Source: Podarcis tiliguerta
Taxonomy: Eukaryota
DNA length: 64,000 nt
Assembly (NCBI GenBank): GCA_965153285.1
Contig: OZ229113.1
Reading direction: 5' to 3' (one strand)
The notes under the pieces were generated by a model. The model did not search any database. It saw only the letters and a list, made by a program, of their open reading frames with translations, and was not told the DNA's origin. This document shows, piece by piece, positions 39,571 through 52,700 of this stretch. The position numbers were made by a program, and so were the translations under genes. How positions within the stretch are numbered: position 1 is the first letter of the stretch; every line of letters begins with the position of its first letter.

Positions 39571-40178
39571 TGTGGTGGTCCCGAGGGCTAACCATGTGAC
39601 AAGGTCCAAGTCCAGTCTGAGGTCAAGGGTGCGGTCTGGAGCCTGTCCATCAAAGCTGAAGCGGGGTCCAAGGCAGGGAGTCGGGTGAGGCCAGGAACTC
39701 TGGCAGAAGAGCAGGACAGGGTGCAGGCAGGAACAGGCTACCAACAATGTTGCTCCCACAACCTGGGACTGGGCTGGCTGGCTTTTATCTGCCATGAGGC
39801 ATAGGGTGGTCCCGGTCCACAGGTGACTCACCTCTCCTGGCCTGGAGGTGAGCACTCCTCCTGCGGGAACTTAGTTCGCTCCACCTCTCTGCCCTGAACC
39901 TCTGCAGCTCAGGAGAGGCTGGAGGGTTACCGGACCCATAGGCAACCTCACCTTCCCCTGACGGGGCTGAGAGTGGAGCACCTGCAGGCAATGGGTCCTC
40001 AATCACCTCAGGAGCCCGAGCAGACTCAGCTGGTGCCTGCACCTGAGGATCCAACACAGGTGAGGACCCTTCAGGCTCAAGCCCCAGCCCCGGCTCAGCT
40101 GGTTCTGGAGGCAGGGACTCCTGTGGAGGCTGGGATTCCTCAAGTTCAGCCTCTGAATCCGAATCCCAGGCCATCACA
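39571..40178 (-). mobile_element. Gypsy-type solo LTR (608 bp) with ORF-bearing U3
   Basis: TGTG...CACA termini; 5-bp TSD caggc/catgc; ATAAAA TATA-like box near 39785; 130-codon acidic/basic ORF from LTR nt 2. Confidence 0.75.
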
Positions 40179-40427
40179 CATGCTTTGCTTTCAGCTCACT
40201 GGGGTCTGCCACCATACTTCACAAGGCCCTCAGTGGCCCCCTTCAGCTCTATGGGGCATACGCACATCTCGCTTCACTCCTGCTTGCCTAACACAACAAG
40301 GACTCCTTTCTCTCTCTCTCTGAAGTAGGTGCTGCATCCTGCAGCTAATTAGGCCACAACTCTGTCCCGCCCAACGAAAGAAAACTCTTGGAGTTCTGCC
40401 AGTGATGTACTGTGGAGATTCTCAGTA

Positions 40428-40784
40428 CAGTGGTGCCCCTTAAGATGAATGCCTCGCAAGACGGAAAACCTGCTAGACGAAAGGGTTTTCCATTTTGGAG
40501 GTGCTTCGCAGGACGAATTTGCTATGGGCTTGCTTCGCAAGACGAAAATGTATTGCGATTCCTGGGTGTTTTTTTCCGCTCCCCACCCCCTTTTCCTAAG
40601 GCACTAAGCTGCTAATAGCCTTTTAGCAGCTAATCCGCTAATCCCTTAAACCTTTAATAGCCGCTAATAGCCGCTAAACCGCTAATAGCGCTAATCTGCT
40701 AATGGGCTTGCTTCGCAAGACGAAAAAACCGCTAGACGAAGAGACTCACGGAACGGATTCTTTTCATCTTGCGAGGCACCACTG
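40428..40784. mobile_element. Tigger-like MITE with internal (CCGCTAA)-like repeats
   Basis: TA|CAGTGGTGCC ... GGCACCACTG|TA; same subterminal repeats as 29056-29558. Confidence 0.85.
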
Positions 40785-40876
40785 TATTTTCCATTTTGCT
40801 CTGGTTCTACGCACATTTCACTTCTGCATGCAGGAGACCAGAACGTAACCCTCGCGTAATTGGAGAGTCGCCTGTA

Positions 40877-41035
40877 CAGTCATACCTTGAACAAATTGGC
40901 TCTGAAACGCAGAAAACCCGGTTGAGTGCAGGAAGCTCCTCTAGCCAAGCAGAAGCTGCACCTTGATTTTTGAATGGTTTCGGGATTTGAACAGACTTCT
41001 GGAATGGATTAAATTTGAGAACCAAGGTTCCACTG
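40877..41035. mobile_element. Tigger-like MITE, degenerate
   Basis: TA|CAGTCATACCTTG ... CAAGGTTCCACTG|TA. Confidence 0.65.
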
Positions 41036-41884
41036 TACTGCCTTCTCCTTTGAAAAGGTTGGAACATGCAGTCACCTCTTTGTGCAGTAGCCAATGCAAG
41101 ACTTCATGTAGGTGAATGATTTGCCAGTTCAACTGCTCAAGTGACTGAATTGTGTTTCAAAAGTAATATATTCTTTTTGGTTGGTCAAATCCTAACATTT
41201 CTTTTATATCATGCCTCCATAGCTTTGTGGCATTCATATCTAGAAGCCGGGAGGGAACAGCATTGTAAATTCCATTTAACATGCAGCACAACTGCCAACG
41301 CGAGAGTAATAAGGGAAAATGTTACATGATAGAAAATTACACCTACTCTCTGATAGCAGCTGCAGAGGTGCCTATTCTTATGATTTTATCGCAAGCCATG
41401 CAATAACCTGTGCTTTGTTAAAACCCCAGGGACTCTGGGAATCTGCGAAAACCTCTTTCATTTCAGAAATCACATACCTTGGTTGCAGAAGAAGCAAAGG
41501 CATGCCTCTCTCTCTCTCTCCAGAGGGGAAACATAAAAGCTTAAAAGTGAGGCAGAAGCAGAAGCAAAGCAATTAGTTATGAGTATCTTATATCCCATTG
41601 ATTTTAATGAGTCTAAGCATGCCTAATAGCCTATGTTTAGAAGAGAACTCAAGGGTTAGATTCAGAGTTAATCTTCTAAAGATGACATTTAATGTTAGCC
41701 ATACTCAGTCCTGCTGAAATCAATGGACAAATCCATTTGGGTTTGCTCTGATTGGCCATCACCCTAAAACTAGTGTGCTAATAGACTTCTCAAATGACCC
41801 CTTGGTTACATCTGATAGAATCTCTTATTTTTGAATAAAAATTTTTTTTACAAAAGTTGGGTGCCTGCCCCTCGCTCTGCCAAA

Positions 41885-42321
41885 TGATGGCAAAACCCCA
41901 TGGGGCCCGAGTCATCCATAGAGGGTCTGCGTCCCTTTGAATAATAGAAGACATGACAAAGATTGTCGTGGCTTTATTAAATATGTTTTATTCACCTATT
42001 TACACCTTCAGTCTGCATGGAGGGAGTCCAGATCTTACAGCACAGTCATTTCCAGAGGCAGTAGTGCAGGCAACCTTAAATCTTCCTCCCCCCAAAATGG
42101 ATTTCAGCCTTTCTTCTTGTTTCTTCTTCTCAGAAAACCCTTACCCTGTCCCCTCAAACATGCACCCCATCACCTTGGTAACCTTTCAAACCCCTATCGC
42201 TGTTCACACCAGGGCAAGGGGGAAGAAGCTCTTGCATTGGCCATGACCCTCAATGGCCCTCTATTGTTCCCTTAATAGCCCTAGTTTGGCCAGGCTACCC
42301 ATATATTTCTTCTTTCCCATG
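41885..42321 (-). mobile_element. Probable solo LTR
   Basis: Minus-strand AATAAA motifs near 41975-41995, ends ...CCATCA; flanked by direct repeat (tg)ccaaa(tgat). Confidence 0.5.
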
Positions 42322-43191
42322 CCAAATGATCACAATCCTAGAATTTAATAATCTCTAGGGTTTACTCTAAATCTATAGCAATACGTATGGGGAGGGAGAA
42401 GGGAATTGCAGCATAGAGTAACCTTTAAGTCTTACAGACAGTTCACATTTCATGATCATACACATTCAATTACTTCAGGAGAAAGAAGATAGAATTAGGA
42501 TTATGCTCATTAAGCAGCTACAACTGAGGTTTTAGGGAAGAAATTATGGACACAGTACTACAGCAGTGCTGAAAATAGATGGCATTTAAGTGACTGTGCT
42601 GTGATATATCACTTTAAGCACATATTTGTTTTCAGAAACCTAGTCTTTCAGAAATGCCCAGTCTTTAATCTTGGTTCCTGATAACTGTATTTAAATCTAG
42701 TGGTAACGGTAGTTCAATAATAAAGGTAGGTAGAGCCTAGAGGCTCAAATATTTACCCCAGGTCACTGGAAAACATAGAAATGGTTTGGATTTCATAATG
42801 AGAGATGGCCTAAAGCATGAGCTTTCAAATATGAAGGAATGCCACACAAAAATGCGAAAAATCCACAGGTGCTTTTGTTCATAGAAGACCTGCTGGAACG
42901 GCAAAGGGAAGAATGAATGGGCTTTTTGTGAGTGAGTGTGTGTGTGTGTGTGTGCGCGCACACGGGGCAATGACCATTTTGCACACATTCAAAGCATGAG
43001 TGACCTTGCACAGGTGCATTGCCACAAACCCAGAAGTGGCAGGAAATGGGGTGTGGGCAAGGTGGGGCAGGGATGTAACAGGGCAGGGCTGCCTTATATA
43101 TGCTGTGCCACCACACACGATGACCTGGAATGCAAACCAGGGGTTGCCCATTCTTAGAGCACTAGAGCATCTATTAGATAAAGCTCATATA

Positions 43192-43403
43192 CAGTAATAC
43201 CTCAGGTTACAGACGCTTCAGGTTACAGACTCCGCTAACCCAGAAATAGTACCTCGGGTTAAGAATTTTGCTTCAGGATGAGAACAGAAATTGCGCGGCA
43301 GTGGGAGGCCCCATTAGCTAAAGTGGTACCTCAGGTTAAGAACAGTTTCAGGTTAAGAACGGACCTCCAGAACGAATTAAGTTCTTAACCCGAGGTACCA
43401 CTG
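43192..43403. mobile_element. Tigger-like MITE
   Basis: TA|CAGTAATACCTC ... GAGGTACCACTG|TA with internal repeats of caggttaagaac. Confidence 0.85.
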
Positions 43404-44705
43404 TATATGCCCGCTCCTACAAAGGAATGACTAATCAAATCCTTTCAATTCCTACTGTTTTCGCCCTATGCTATCTAGTCACATGCTGGCTTTTTGTGCT
43501 CCTCAAACTGTATTGCCACAATAGTTCTTCCATCCCTGCATTATAAACACCCTAGATCTCAGCAATAGCTTCCACCAGCTTCTGCCAGAATAAGAATCAA
43601 AGACTTGAGGTAGGGCTGAGGGGATTCAGAAGGCCTTCTGGTTCAACCTTCTGATTTAAGTCAGTGCACTATATCTAAAAGCAAACCACAGCTCAGATCA
43701 GCCCGTACAATGCTATACCACAGTACATCAGAATCAGAGTGCCCTAAAAATTAAATTAACATTAATGAATTACAACACTGATATGTTATTACCAGAATCA
43801 TATGCTCTGGTTATAAAATGTGTGTTTCCTTGCAAGATGTGCATTGTTTATATTCAGTGTCCTAGCTCCACAGATTTTTGGTTTTTTTTAAAAAGTAAAT
43901 GCATATTAAATTGTAGCATGCTATCAGTCAACATATGCACACAATTTTCTATTAAGCTGTTAAAGGAAATAATCACCACATTTCCCCTTTGTTATATTTC
44001 AATATAAATCTGAACTTACATAAAATGAGCTGAAATATGCATAAGAGGTCCGGCTTGGGTAGCTGCCATTAGAGAAATCAGGCAGGCAGCCATGAGAAAG
44101 AGGACCAATTCGGCTGCGGTCCCTTCTCTATGGAGGTTTTCCAGTAGAAATACATAATGACCCATCACTGCAGGCGTGGGCTCTAAAAGCAGATTCTCTT
44201 GAATGAAGAACTTCTTGAGCTGCTGGAAATTAGGTAGTTTACAATTATTTGATTTTACCATTTTTGCAAAGCTGAATACTGCTTGTGATTAGTATTATTG
44301 TTGGTTCTCGTTTTTCACAATTGCATTTTTTATGATGTTTTATAGTTTCAAAATCTGTTTTGATCTTATACTATGAATTTATATGTTGGAAACTCCGGTA
44401 GGCGTTTGGCTGTAAACGACTGTCTGCAACTAAAAATACATACATTTAAATTTAACAATCTGTTTAAATGTCTCTTGTTAACCTATCATTCTTTTTTCAG
44501 GTTTCATTCCTCCCTTGTTATTGTTTGATTCATTATTAAGAAATTATGTCCTTGTACTACTGCTATTTTCAGTGTTTCTTATTAAATGTTTACTGTTCTG
44601 TATTTCTATAACTGCTTTATGTCTGAGAAGCACTAGAAGAGGAATGAAATTTGTCAGTAGCACAAATAGCCAATCTCTATCATACCAACTGCATGGAATG
44701 ATGCA

Positions 44706-44772
44706 TTCTTCTTCTTCTTCTTCTTCTTCTTCTTCTTCTTCTTCTTCTTCTTCTTCTTCTTCTTCTTCTTCT
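44706..44772. repeat. (CTT)n microsatellite
   Basis: Direct inspection; explains the poly-S and poly-E ORFs. Confidence 0.95.
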
Positions 44773-45248
44773 CTACCTTCTGCTATGGAAATCATTGGCT
44801 ATGGCCTTCTTTATGTAGCAGATAGCAAGATGATGGGACAAAAAGCACAAGCAACACTTTCGTCTGACTCTTAGTTTTGCCCCAAAGTAAGCTGTTTACA
44901 GAGGTCACACGAGGATGTTACATAAAGACACCTCCTGTCAGTTCCCTTGCCTGGACTGAGCATCTTATGACCCTTTCTGTCAGCTCCAGTTCACTGAGAG
45001 GTTTCATTTCCTTGTTTCCATAATTTGTGGAAATAACTAGCAAAAATCTTTCTTCAGACTCACATTCACATTCAATTTTTCTTGTCTGCTGGCAGCAGGG
45101 AAGACGTGGTTTATTCTTCATACCATCCTGTATGTCACTTAAAGAATTCATGTACAGTAAAGCATGCCACCTCACCCAAATAATAGCATTCCTATAGATT
45201 TGGGTTTTTTTAAGGACAACTGAGAAAACTTTCAAAGACCATATATCC

Positions 45249-45284
45249 TCTTCTTCTTCTTCTTCTTCTTCTTCTTCTTCTTCT
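45249..45284. repeat. (CTT)n microsatellite
   Basis: Direct inspection. Confidence 0.9.
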
Positions 45285-45722
45285 GAGTACCAACTGGTGA
45301 TTTATACACTGCTCTGACAGATTCCATGTGTTTAAAGATTTAATTCCTTTCAGTCTTGTTACACACTGTTTAAAAATATAGTCACTCTTGTGCTTTATTG
45401 CTTCCCTTAATGAAACATTTGTTTAATAAACCAACATTAATCAGCAGTGTTTGGTGAAGCAAAGAATAACAACATCTGGGGATAACTTTCCAAAGCCTTT
45501 GAGGGCAATTACCCATACCAAGGAAGTCTTCATTTTTAAAAGGGGAACTAGGAATTATGACAGTCATATCTCTACCACCAGAAGGACCAGCCCCATGTTT
45601 CCCAATGAAATATCCTTAACCTGCTTTCTGTAATCCACTATGAAGGGATCTACCGGTAGGTGAAATTCTCTAGTCACGGAATTCCACCCCTGGGATGCTA
45701 GCACTGGGAACAGAGATGACAT

Positions 45723-45723
<1 letters not shown>

Positions 45724-45779
<56 letters not shown>

Positions 45780-47415
45780 AATAAATAAATAAATTTATTA
45801 TTTATACCCCACCCATCTGACTGGGTTTCCACAGCCACTCTGGGCAGCTTCCAACAAAACACTAAAATACAATAACCTATTAAACATTAAAAGTTTCCCT
45901 AAACAGAGCTGCCTTCAGATGTCTTCTAAAAGTTTGGTAGTTATTTTTCTGACATCTGGTGGGAGGGCGTTCCATAGGGCGGACGCCACTACCAAGAAGG
46001 CCCTCTGCCTGGTTCCCTGTAACTTGGCTTCTCGCAGCGAGGGAACTGCCTGAAGGCCCTCGGCGCTGGACCTCAGTGTCCGGGCAGAACGATGGGGGTG
46101 GAGATGCTCCTTCAGGTATACTGGACTGAGGCTGTTTAGGGCTTTAAAGGTCAGAACCAACATTTTGAATTGTGCTCGGAAACGTATTGGGAGCCAGTGT
46201 AGGTCTTTCAAGACCGGTGTTATATGGTCTCGGCGGCTGCTCCCAGTCACCAGTCTAGCTGCCGCATTCTGGATTAGTTGTAGTTTCTGGGTCACCTTCA
46301 AAGGTAGCCCCACATAGAGTGCATTGCAGTAGTCCAAGCGAGAGATAACCAGAGCATGCACCACTCTGGTGAGACAGTCTGCGGGCAGGTAGGGTCTCAG
46401 CCTGCGTACCAGATGGACCTGATAAACAGCTGCCCTGGACACAGAATTGACCTGTGCCTCCATGGACAGCTGTGAGTCCAGAATGATTCCCAGGCTGTGC
46501 ACCTGGTCCTTCAGGGGCACAGTTACCCCATTCAGGACCAGGGAGTCCTCCACACCTGCCCGCCTCCTGTCCCCCCAAAACAGTACTTCTGTCTTGTCAG
46601 GATTCAACCTCAATCTATTAGCCGCCATCCATCCTCCAATCACCTCCAGACACTCACACAGGACCTTCACCGCCTTCACTGGTAGAGCTGGGTATCATCC
46701 GCATACTGATGAAAACCCACCCCAAACCCCCTGATGATCTTTCCCAGCAGCTGAATGTAGACGCTGAAAAGCATGGGGGGAAGGACAGAACCCTAAGGCA
46801 CCCCACAAGTGAGAGCCCAGGGGTCTGAACACTCACCCCCCCACACCACTTTATGAACACGGCCCAGGAGGAAGGAGCGGAACCACTGTATAACAGTGCC
46901 CCCAGCTCCCAGCCCCTCTAGACTGTCCAGAAGGATGTTATGGTTGATGGTGTCAAAAGCCACTGAGAGATCCAGCAGAACTAGGAAACAGCTCTCACCT
47001 TTGTCCCTAGCCCGCTGGAGATCATCGACCAGTGCAACCAAGGCAGTTTCAGTCCCATATGAGGCCTGAATCCCGACTGGAAGGGATCCAAATGGTCCAC
47101 TTCTTCCAGGCGTGCCTGGAGTTGTTCAGCAATAACTTGCTCAATCACCTTGCCCAAGAATGGAAGATTTGAGATTGGGCGATAGTTGGCCATATTGGCA
47201 GCATCTAAAGATGGTTTTTAAAGAAGCGGTTTGATAACCGCCTCTTTCAGTGGGTCTGGGAAGGCTCCCTCACAGAGAGAAGCATTAACCACCCCATGAA
47301 GCCCATTGCCCAGCCAGGATGGGCAAGGATCAAGGAGACAGGTGGTTGGTTTCACTCGTCCAAGCAGCCTGTCCACATCCTCAGAGGTAACAGATTGGAA
47401 CCGATCCCACGCAAC
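45724..47415 (-). mobile_element. 5'-truncated L2 LINE with frameshifted RT pseudogene and (TTTA)n(TTA)n tail
   Basis: TCLLDPCPSWL, NYRPISNLPFLGKVIE, QSGFRP, LLDLSVAFDTI, GVPX(stop)[32 protein letters not shown] spread over several frames. Confidence 0.93.
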
Positions 47416-48519
47416 TTATGTTGCATTGTTTTGCATTGTGTTGCATTGTCTACTTTTTTATATGTTTACAAAGCAAGAGATAATAATGCATTCTCAGAAT
47501 CTCTAAAATGTCAAGGTGTAATTATAGCAAGCAATTCTGGGTATGGTAATGACTATAGGCTCCTTGCTGGATCAGATCATGGTCCACAAAGCTCAGGTGT
47601 TCCTAGCATTGTTTACAAGAACCCCAGCAACCAGAAATTCATAGCTGGTCCTTCAGATATTGGTCATTGGTCTATAAGTACAAAGCGGACAGGGTGTGTT
47701 GCTAAGTTTAATCTCCAATCCTATAATGCAATCCTCAAAAAGCCTACGAGAAACGGGGTCAGAAAACATCAACACACTTGCTTCTGCATTAAAATAACAT
47801 AGTGCTTTTTAAAGGTCTGAAGCATGAAATGCAATTTTAACTGACTTCCCAGCCCTACCTGAATCCCGCTATGCCAATTATTATGGCTTCTGCATAGCCT
47901 ACTTTTATAGCTTTGTGCTGCCAGACATGAAGGTATCTCAGGGCCAAAGGTACCTACTTTTGCATACTTCTTGAGAGTGATACTGTTCACATTTGGGAAT
48001 GCACAGAGCTGTCATGGCAGGGATGTCTTCTGCTACTTCTAAGAAGGGGCAAGAGAAAATGGATAGTGGTGCAGCTTTCAGATCTCTAGGTTGTCACATT
48101 ATTAGTACATTACTGGTATTATCAGTTTCTACAGGTTGTTCCTCCAGCAACTGAGCTGAGGTAAGAAGGCACTGTCAGCTTTTGTGCCTCACTGGCTGCC
48201 CAGGCAGGCAGCCAATACCCTTTCAGTCAATGAGGACCCCCCCCCCCCCGCCAAGGAGGCCACTCATTGGCCAATTTGGACTGCAGCAGCTGGCAGGAAC
48301 TTGAGCCAGCTACCCAGGCAGCCAAAGGGAATTCCCTCAATGGTCACCTGCCCATGTGCACTCTGTTTTTTTCTGCCCTGGGATGGTGACTGAGCACAAG
48401 GATCCACAAGAGCTGGAATGGGTAAGTGTCCATTACTGGTATTATCTACATTAGTCTCTACAGTCACAGCAGGTGCTGCAACCTTCCAATAGCTTGACCT
48501 CACCCCCAAAGGTGTACTC

Positions 48520-48655
48520 CGGGCTTCCTCAACCTTGGCCCTCCAGATGTTTTGAGAGTACAATTACCATCATCCCTGACCACTGGTCCCGCTAGCTAGG
48601 GATCATGGGAGTTGTAGGCCAAAAACATCTAGAGGGCCGAGGTTGAGGAAGCTTG
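48520..48655. mobile_element. hAT MITE with perfect 8-bp TSD
   Basis: GTGTACTC|CGGGCTTCCTCAACC ... GGTTGAGGAAGCTTG|GTGTACTC. Confidence 0.9.
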
Positions 48656-49058
48656 GTGTACTCCTTTATTGTCTCCCGAGACAGATGGATACCAACACAG
48701 CACACTGGTACATCTAGTTCCCAAGACCGCGGAGATTTTAACAGTCACAACATGTTCCGTTTCTATTCCTCCTTTATAATAGCAAATCCTCTCAGTTATT
48801 TGTTTTTCTTGGAGGAAGCAAGTGTGTGTGTGGTCACTTTGCTGGGTGTGGTAGCTTATCAGCTTTGTGAGGCCCTCCTCTTCTTTAACACCTTCAAGCC
48901 ACTTTTTGTTTATAACTCTGCTGTTTCTCCCTATGATGTTTTGTTTGCTTGACTTCTGACTTCATAAAGTTCTAGTTTTACACCATGGAGCTCTGGAAAA
49001 AAACATGTTTAAGCTACCTGAGGTTTGGGAGAGGAATTAAAATAACTATACATGTGCA

Positions 49059-49290
49059 TGTAACCCTATATCTACTCAAAAGTAAGTTTCACTGAATTCC
49101 ATCAGATTTCCATGTAAAAGGATACCCATCTTTGTGTTGTACAATGCAACCTTATATAGATTTACTGAAAAATAAGCCCCACTGGATTCAGTAAGATTTA
49201 CTCTTATGTGAGGATGCACACTTATTTAGGAGTAAGTCCCATTGAACTCAATTTGGTTTACTTCTGAGAAAACATGCATTGGATTAGGCA
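49059..49290. repeat. Cluster of about three degenerate copies of an ~80-bp palindromic dispersed repeat
   Basis: Repeated tactcagaagtaag / cccactgaattcaat / ttacttctgag motifs also seen at 32570-33040, 37440-37515, 38025-38104, 52339-52423, 56216-56295, 58946-59022. Confidence 0.6.
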
Positions 49291-49643
49291 GTTTAGTTTA
49301 CTGAGTCATTTATTAGCAACTGTTGCTCTGCTGGCTGAATTTCAACTTTGTATAGATGACCTTTAAAGAAAAACGTCTCTGGAAGCTATTTGTATTTTCA
49401 GAGTTTCAGTTGGGGAATTATCTAGCTATTTTAAATAATAATCTAATTTTTGTTACTGTTGTTACAGTCTTGATTCCAATCAATAATGATCTTTCTTCTA
49501 TAACAATCACTTTTTGCTCTGTCTCCTGTAGTAGCTTAAACGTCAGGAACCAAACTGAAGAACCATGTGCATAATTTCTGTCTAGCAAACAAATAGTTTA
49601 TCCTCCAGAGGACTGTCTGGGGGGGGGTATAAGCTATGTAGAG

Positions 49644-49783
49644 CAAGGGTGGCTAACCTGCAGTCCTCCAGGTGTTGTTGGACTCCAACTCCCATCAGCC
49701 CCAGGCAGCATAGACAATGGACAGGGACAATGAAAGCTACAGTACAGCAACAGCTGAAGGACCACAGGGGTTGGCCACCCCTG
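49644..49783. mobile_element. hAT MITE
   Basis: CAAGGGTGGCTAACC ... GGTTGGCCACCCCTG; TSD atgtagag/atatagag. Confidence 0.8.
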
Positions 49784-52700
49784 ATATAGAGCTTCTGACA
49801 CAGGATTCCTATTCTTTCATACTATGTTTGTTGGTATTTTGTGGGAGCAGATATTAATACTGAATGATTATATATATATTTTTTTGGCTTCTCATTGATT
49901 ATAGCCACATGTGTCCAGATCTAATTTTTAATAAAATTTAATGCTTAAAATCCAATATATTTCCTGAAGAGTCATAACCAGCTGGTGAGTATTCAAGTCA
50001 TAAACCCAGCCATTCATTAATCCCTAACCAATGTCCTACTTTCCACTGAAGTCCTTTAAAATTACTTTTTAATGTCTTGTTCTCTGCATTTTGACATAAC
50101 GGATTTCAGTACCTCAACAGCTTCCTACTCAGCTTTAAGATTCTGCAGCTTCCTCTGTGCTTAGAATAGAAAATCCCTATGGTATCTATTAGAAAAATAG
50201 ATGGTGTGTGTAAGTTTAATGTAGAATAAAGGATTAACATTTACAATAGAATTCCCATCACCCCAAGGATGGCTTTCCTTCTCTGTGGTCCCATGTCCTC
50301 CTAGCCCTGTTGAAATAGCACTAAAAAAGCCTTCCCTCCTTTGTTATTGGCCAAAGCTTAGGTTTGATTGCAACAGGATACCAGAAGTCTGTTTTGATTC
50401 ATTGCAAAAATGTTAAGAAGGCTGTGTGAGCTCTGTTTCAAGATTCCCATCTCTTTGTTTCTATGCAATGATTTTAATTACACAGGACCTGTCAGAAGCA
50501 AGCCAGTCGAAAGATCAGAGAGGAAACTTCTTGTTGATGTCTGTCCCTAACAACTGTACAAGGAAAATGTTTTCTCTCTCTTTAAAAACTTGTTTGCATA
50601 ACTATGACAAATATGCTCACTCATTGAAAAAAGTGGATTTCTAGAGTTGCAAAAACAACAAAAGAAAGATGTTAATGGCCTGGAAAAATATTGCATCGCT
50701 CACACTTCAATCATGGCTAGTTCAGATGGCAGATCTATCTGTGTGTGGAATGACAATCTATAAAAAGCATGCTAGGTGGAGAATATTTGAAGCCTTTTGT
50801 CTCTTTATTTAAAAGGCAAGTTTTTTCTTTCAGTGTGTTGGTTTGTATTCAAGATGGTGGTTCTGGCAGGGAACTGGGTTTTTAAATGTTGCTTAGATTT
50901 CACCGTTTCCACTCAATCTCTTGGTAGTATGATGCACGGAAGAATTTCATAAGAAAATATAGTAAACATGGTAAATGTGAAAAACTAGACAGATGCTACC
51001 GAAACAGGAAGAGTGACTACAATATATAGGTTGGATTTATATGGCACAAACCTAAAAATGAAGAGTATCAAATACACAAACAGTGTGGCATGGGAATTTA
51101 AACTGAGGAACTTTCTGATGCATGTGATGCATTCCTTCATTAATGCACTTTCTAAGTATTATTTACTACAGAGCAATCTTACTACTGGGCTAAAAAGGAT
51201 GTTTATCAAGGGACATGAGGGGCCTATTTGCTACAATGATAGGCATTTTGAAGAATTTCATTGTATCGGGATCTGGAAAGCTGTATATACATACAGATAC
51301 ATAATGATTTTTTTTTGCTTGTTTGTTTCCATCTTTCCCTACTGGAATTCCAGTTGCTTCTCCATTATCTATCCCAAGGCGAACCTCAACCTAAAATCTC
51401 AACTTCTCAGACAGTCTGGCAAAATGGTAATAAAATTTTACAATCCTTGGCTAAGCCTGTGCCAGGATGATAGAGAGTAATAGTTAAGGCCTAAAATGGC
51501 ACTTGATTCGCCTGTCAAAAGTAATCATTCAGTCATGAGAATGGTTAAAATAAAAATTTCAAGGCTGCTCTCAAAACAGCTGTAGGCTAGACCTTGCAGA
51601 ACAAGTTCATGCTCAAAACTTCAATGTTTCGTATTAAAATACACCTGCAAGGCAAAAGGGGCTACAAAATCAGATGGATTATAGAAAATTAGAAAGAAAT
51701 ATAGACAGAGGGCTGCCATCAGTTTTCACCTCACATGTGTTCTAAGAGAATTGTGATTTACCATCACCTTTCATACTAAAATTATTCAAAAATATGAAAG
51801 AAATTTCAAAAGCAATTTCTTTTCCAAGAATGGGGGGGGGGGCAAATAACCCTAGCCAACAAGGAGTAACTGATTCACAGAAGTTATATCCCTTCTTCAC
51901 CCCCCCCCTATTGGGAACATTTCTTGCTGGATTTTCTAAGTCCAGTATACTGTATGATGATTGGACCCTCTGAGACACTCACAGAAGTGCACATTTTCAT
52001 ATGGTTTATGTCATATTCAAATTTATTTCCTGTTTTGCAGGTGGAGTGGAGGGCCCCAAAATTAGTAAGTGTCCACACATATAATTGCATTAACCATGAG
52101 TAACTTAATCCACAGATTTTAGTGGATCTGCTTAGAATGTGACATAGACACAATTTAAAACTGTAACCAGAAATTGGAAACTTGTGGACAGAAATAGAAA
52201 ATACCTCTTTTTACACACCAGAATGATGTTGTATGTGGATAGTATAATCAAACACATACAGATGTATATTATGCACACATTGGTGGACTCCACACATGTT
52301 CATAAATTGGCACAATCCTTTAAATCAAACCAAATGTTTGTAATTCTATGCATGGTTACCTGAAAGTAAGCCCAAGTGAATTCAAATGGAGTTTCTTTCT
52401 GAGTTGACATGCAATGAATTACACTGTTATTGTCACTTATTTCAGTTAAAAGTACTTAGTTTGAATGCAAGCATGCAAACTTAGGTTGTGGATTGCACTG
52501 GTGGTTAATATCTCAGAACACAAAAAAATCCATAATATCCACAGCATGTTTTTTTCATTAAAAATACAACACACATAGAAAATCAATGGCTTTGAACTAT
52601 CCTATTAGGTGGCAAATCAAAACTTGAATATAAAAGAGAAAAGTGCCTATTACCAGATCAACTCTAGCACATTTTGCATTGGGTATATATGGCATGTTTT

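Noticed and set aside
44515-44874. Poly-Ser and poly-Glu ORFs (also poly-Val at 981-1181 and poly-Ile at 31661-31927)
   Set aside because: Produced by trinucleotide microsatellites
45915-46679. 254-aa ORF as a functional gene
   Set aside because: Fragment of a 5'-truncated, frameshifted L2 RT with an internal deletion next to the YADD motif
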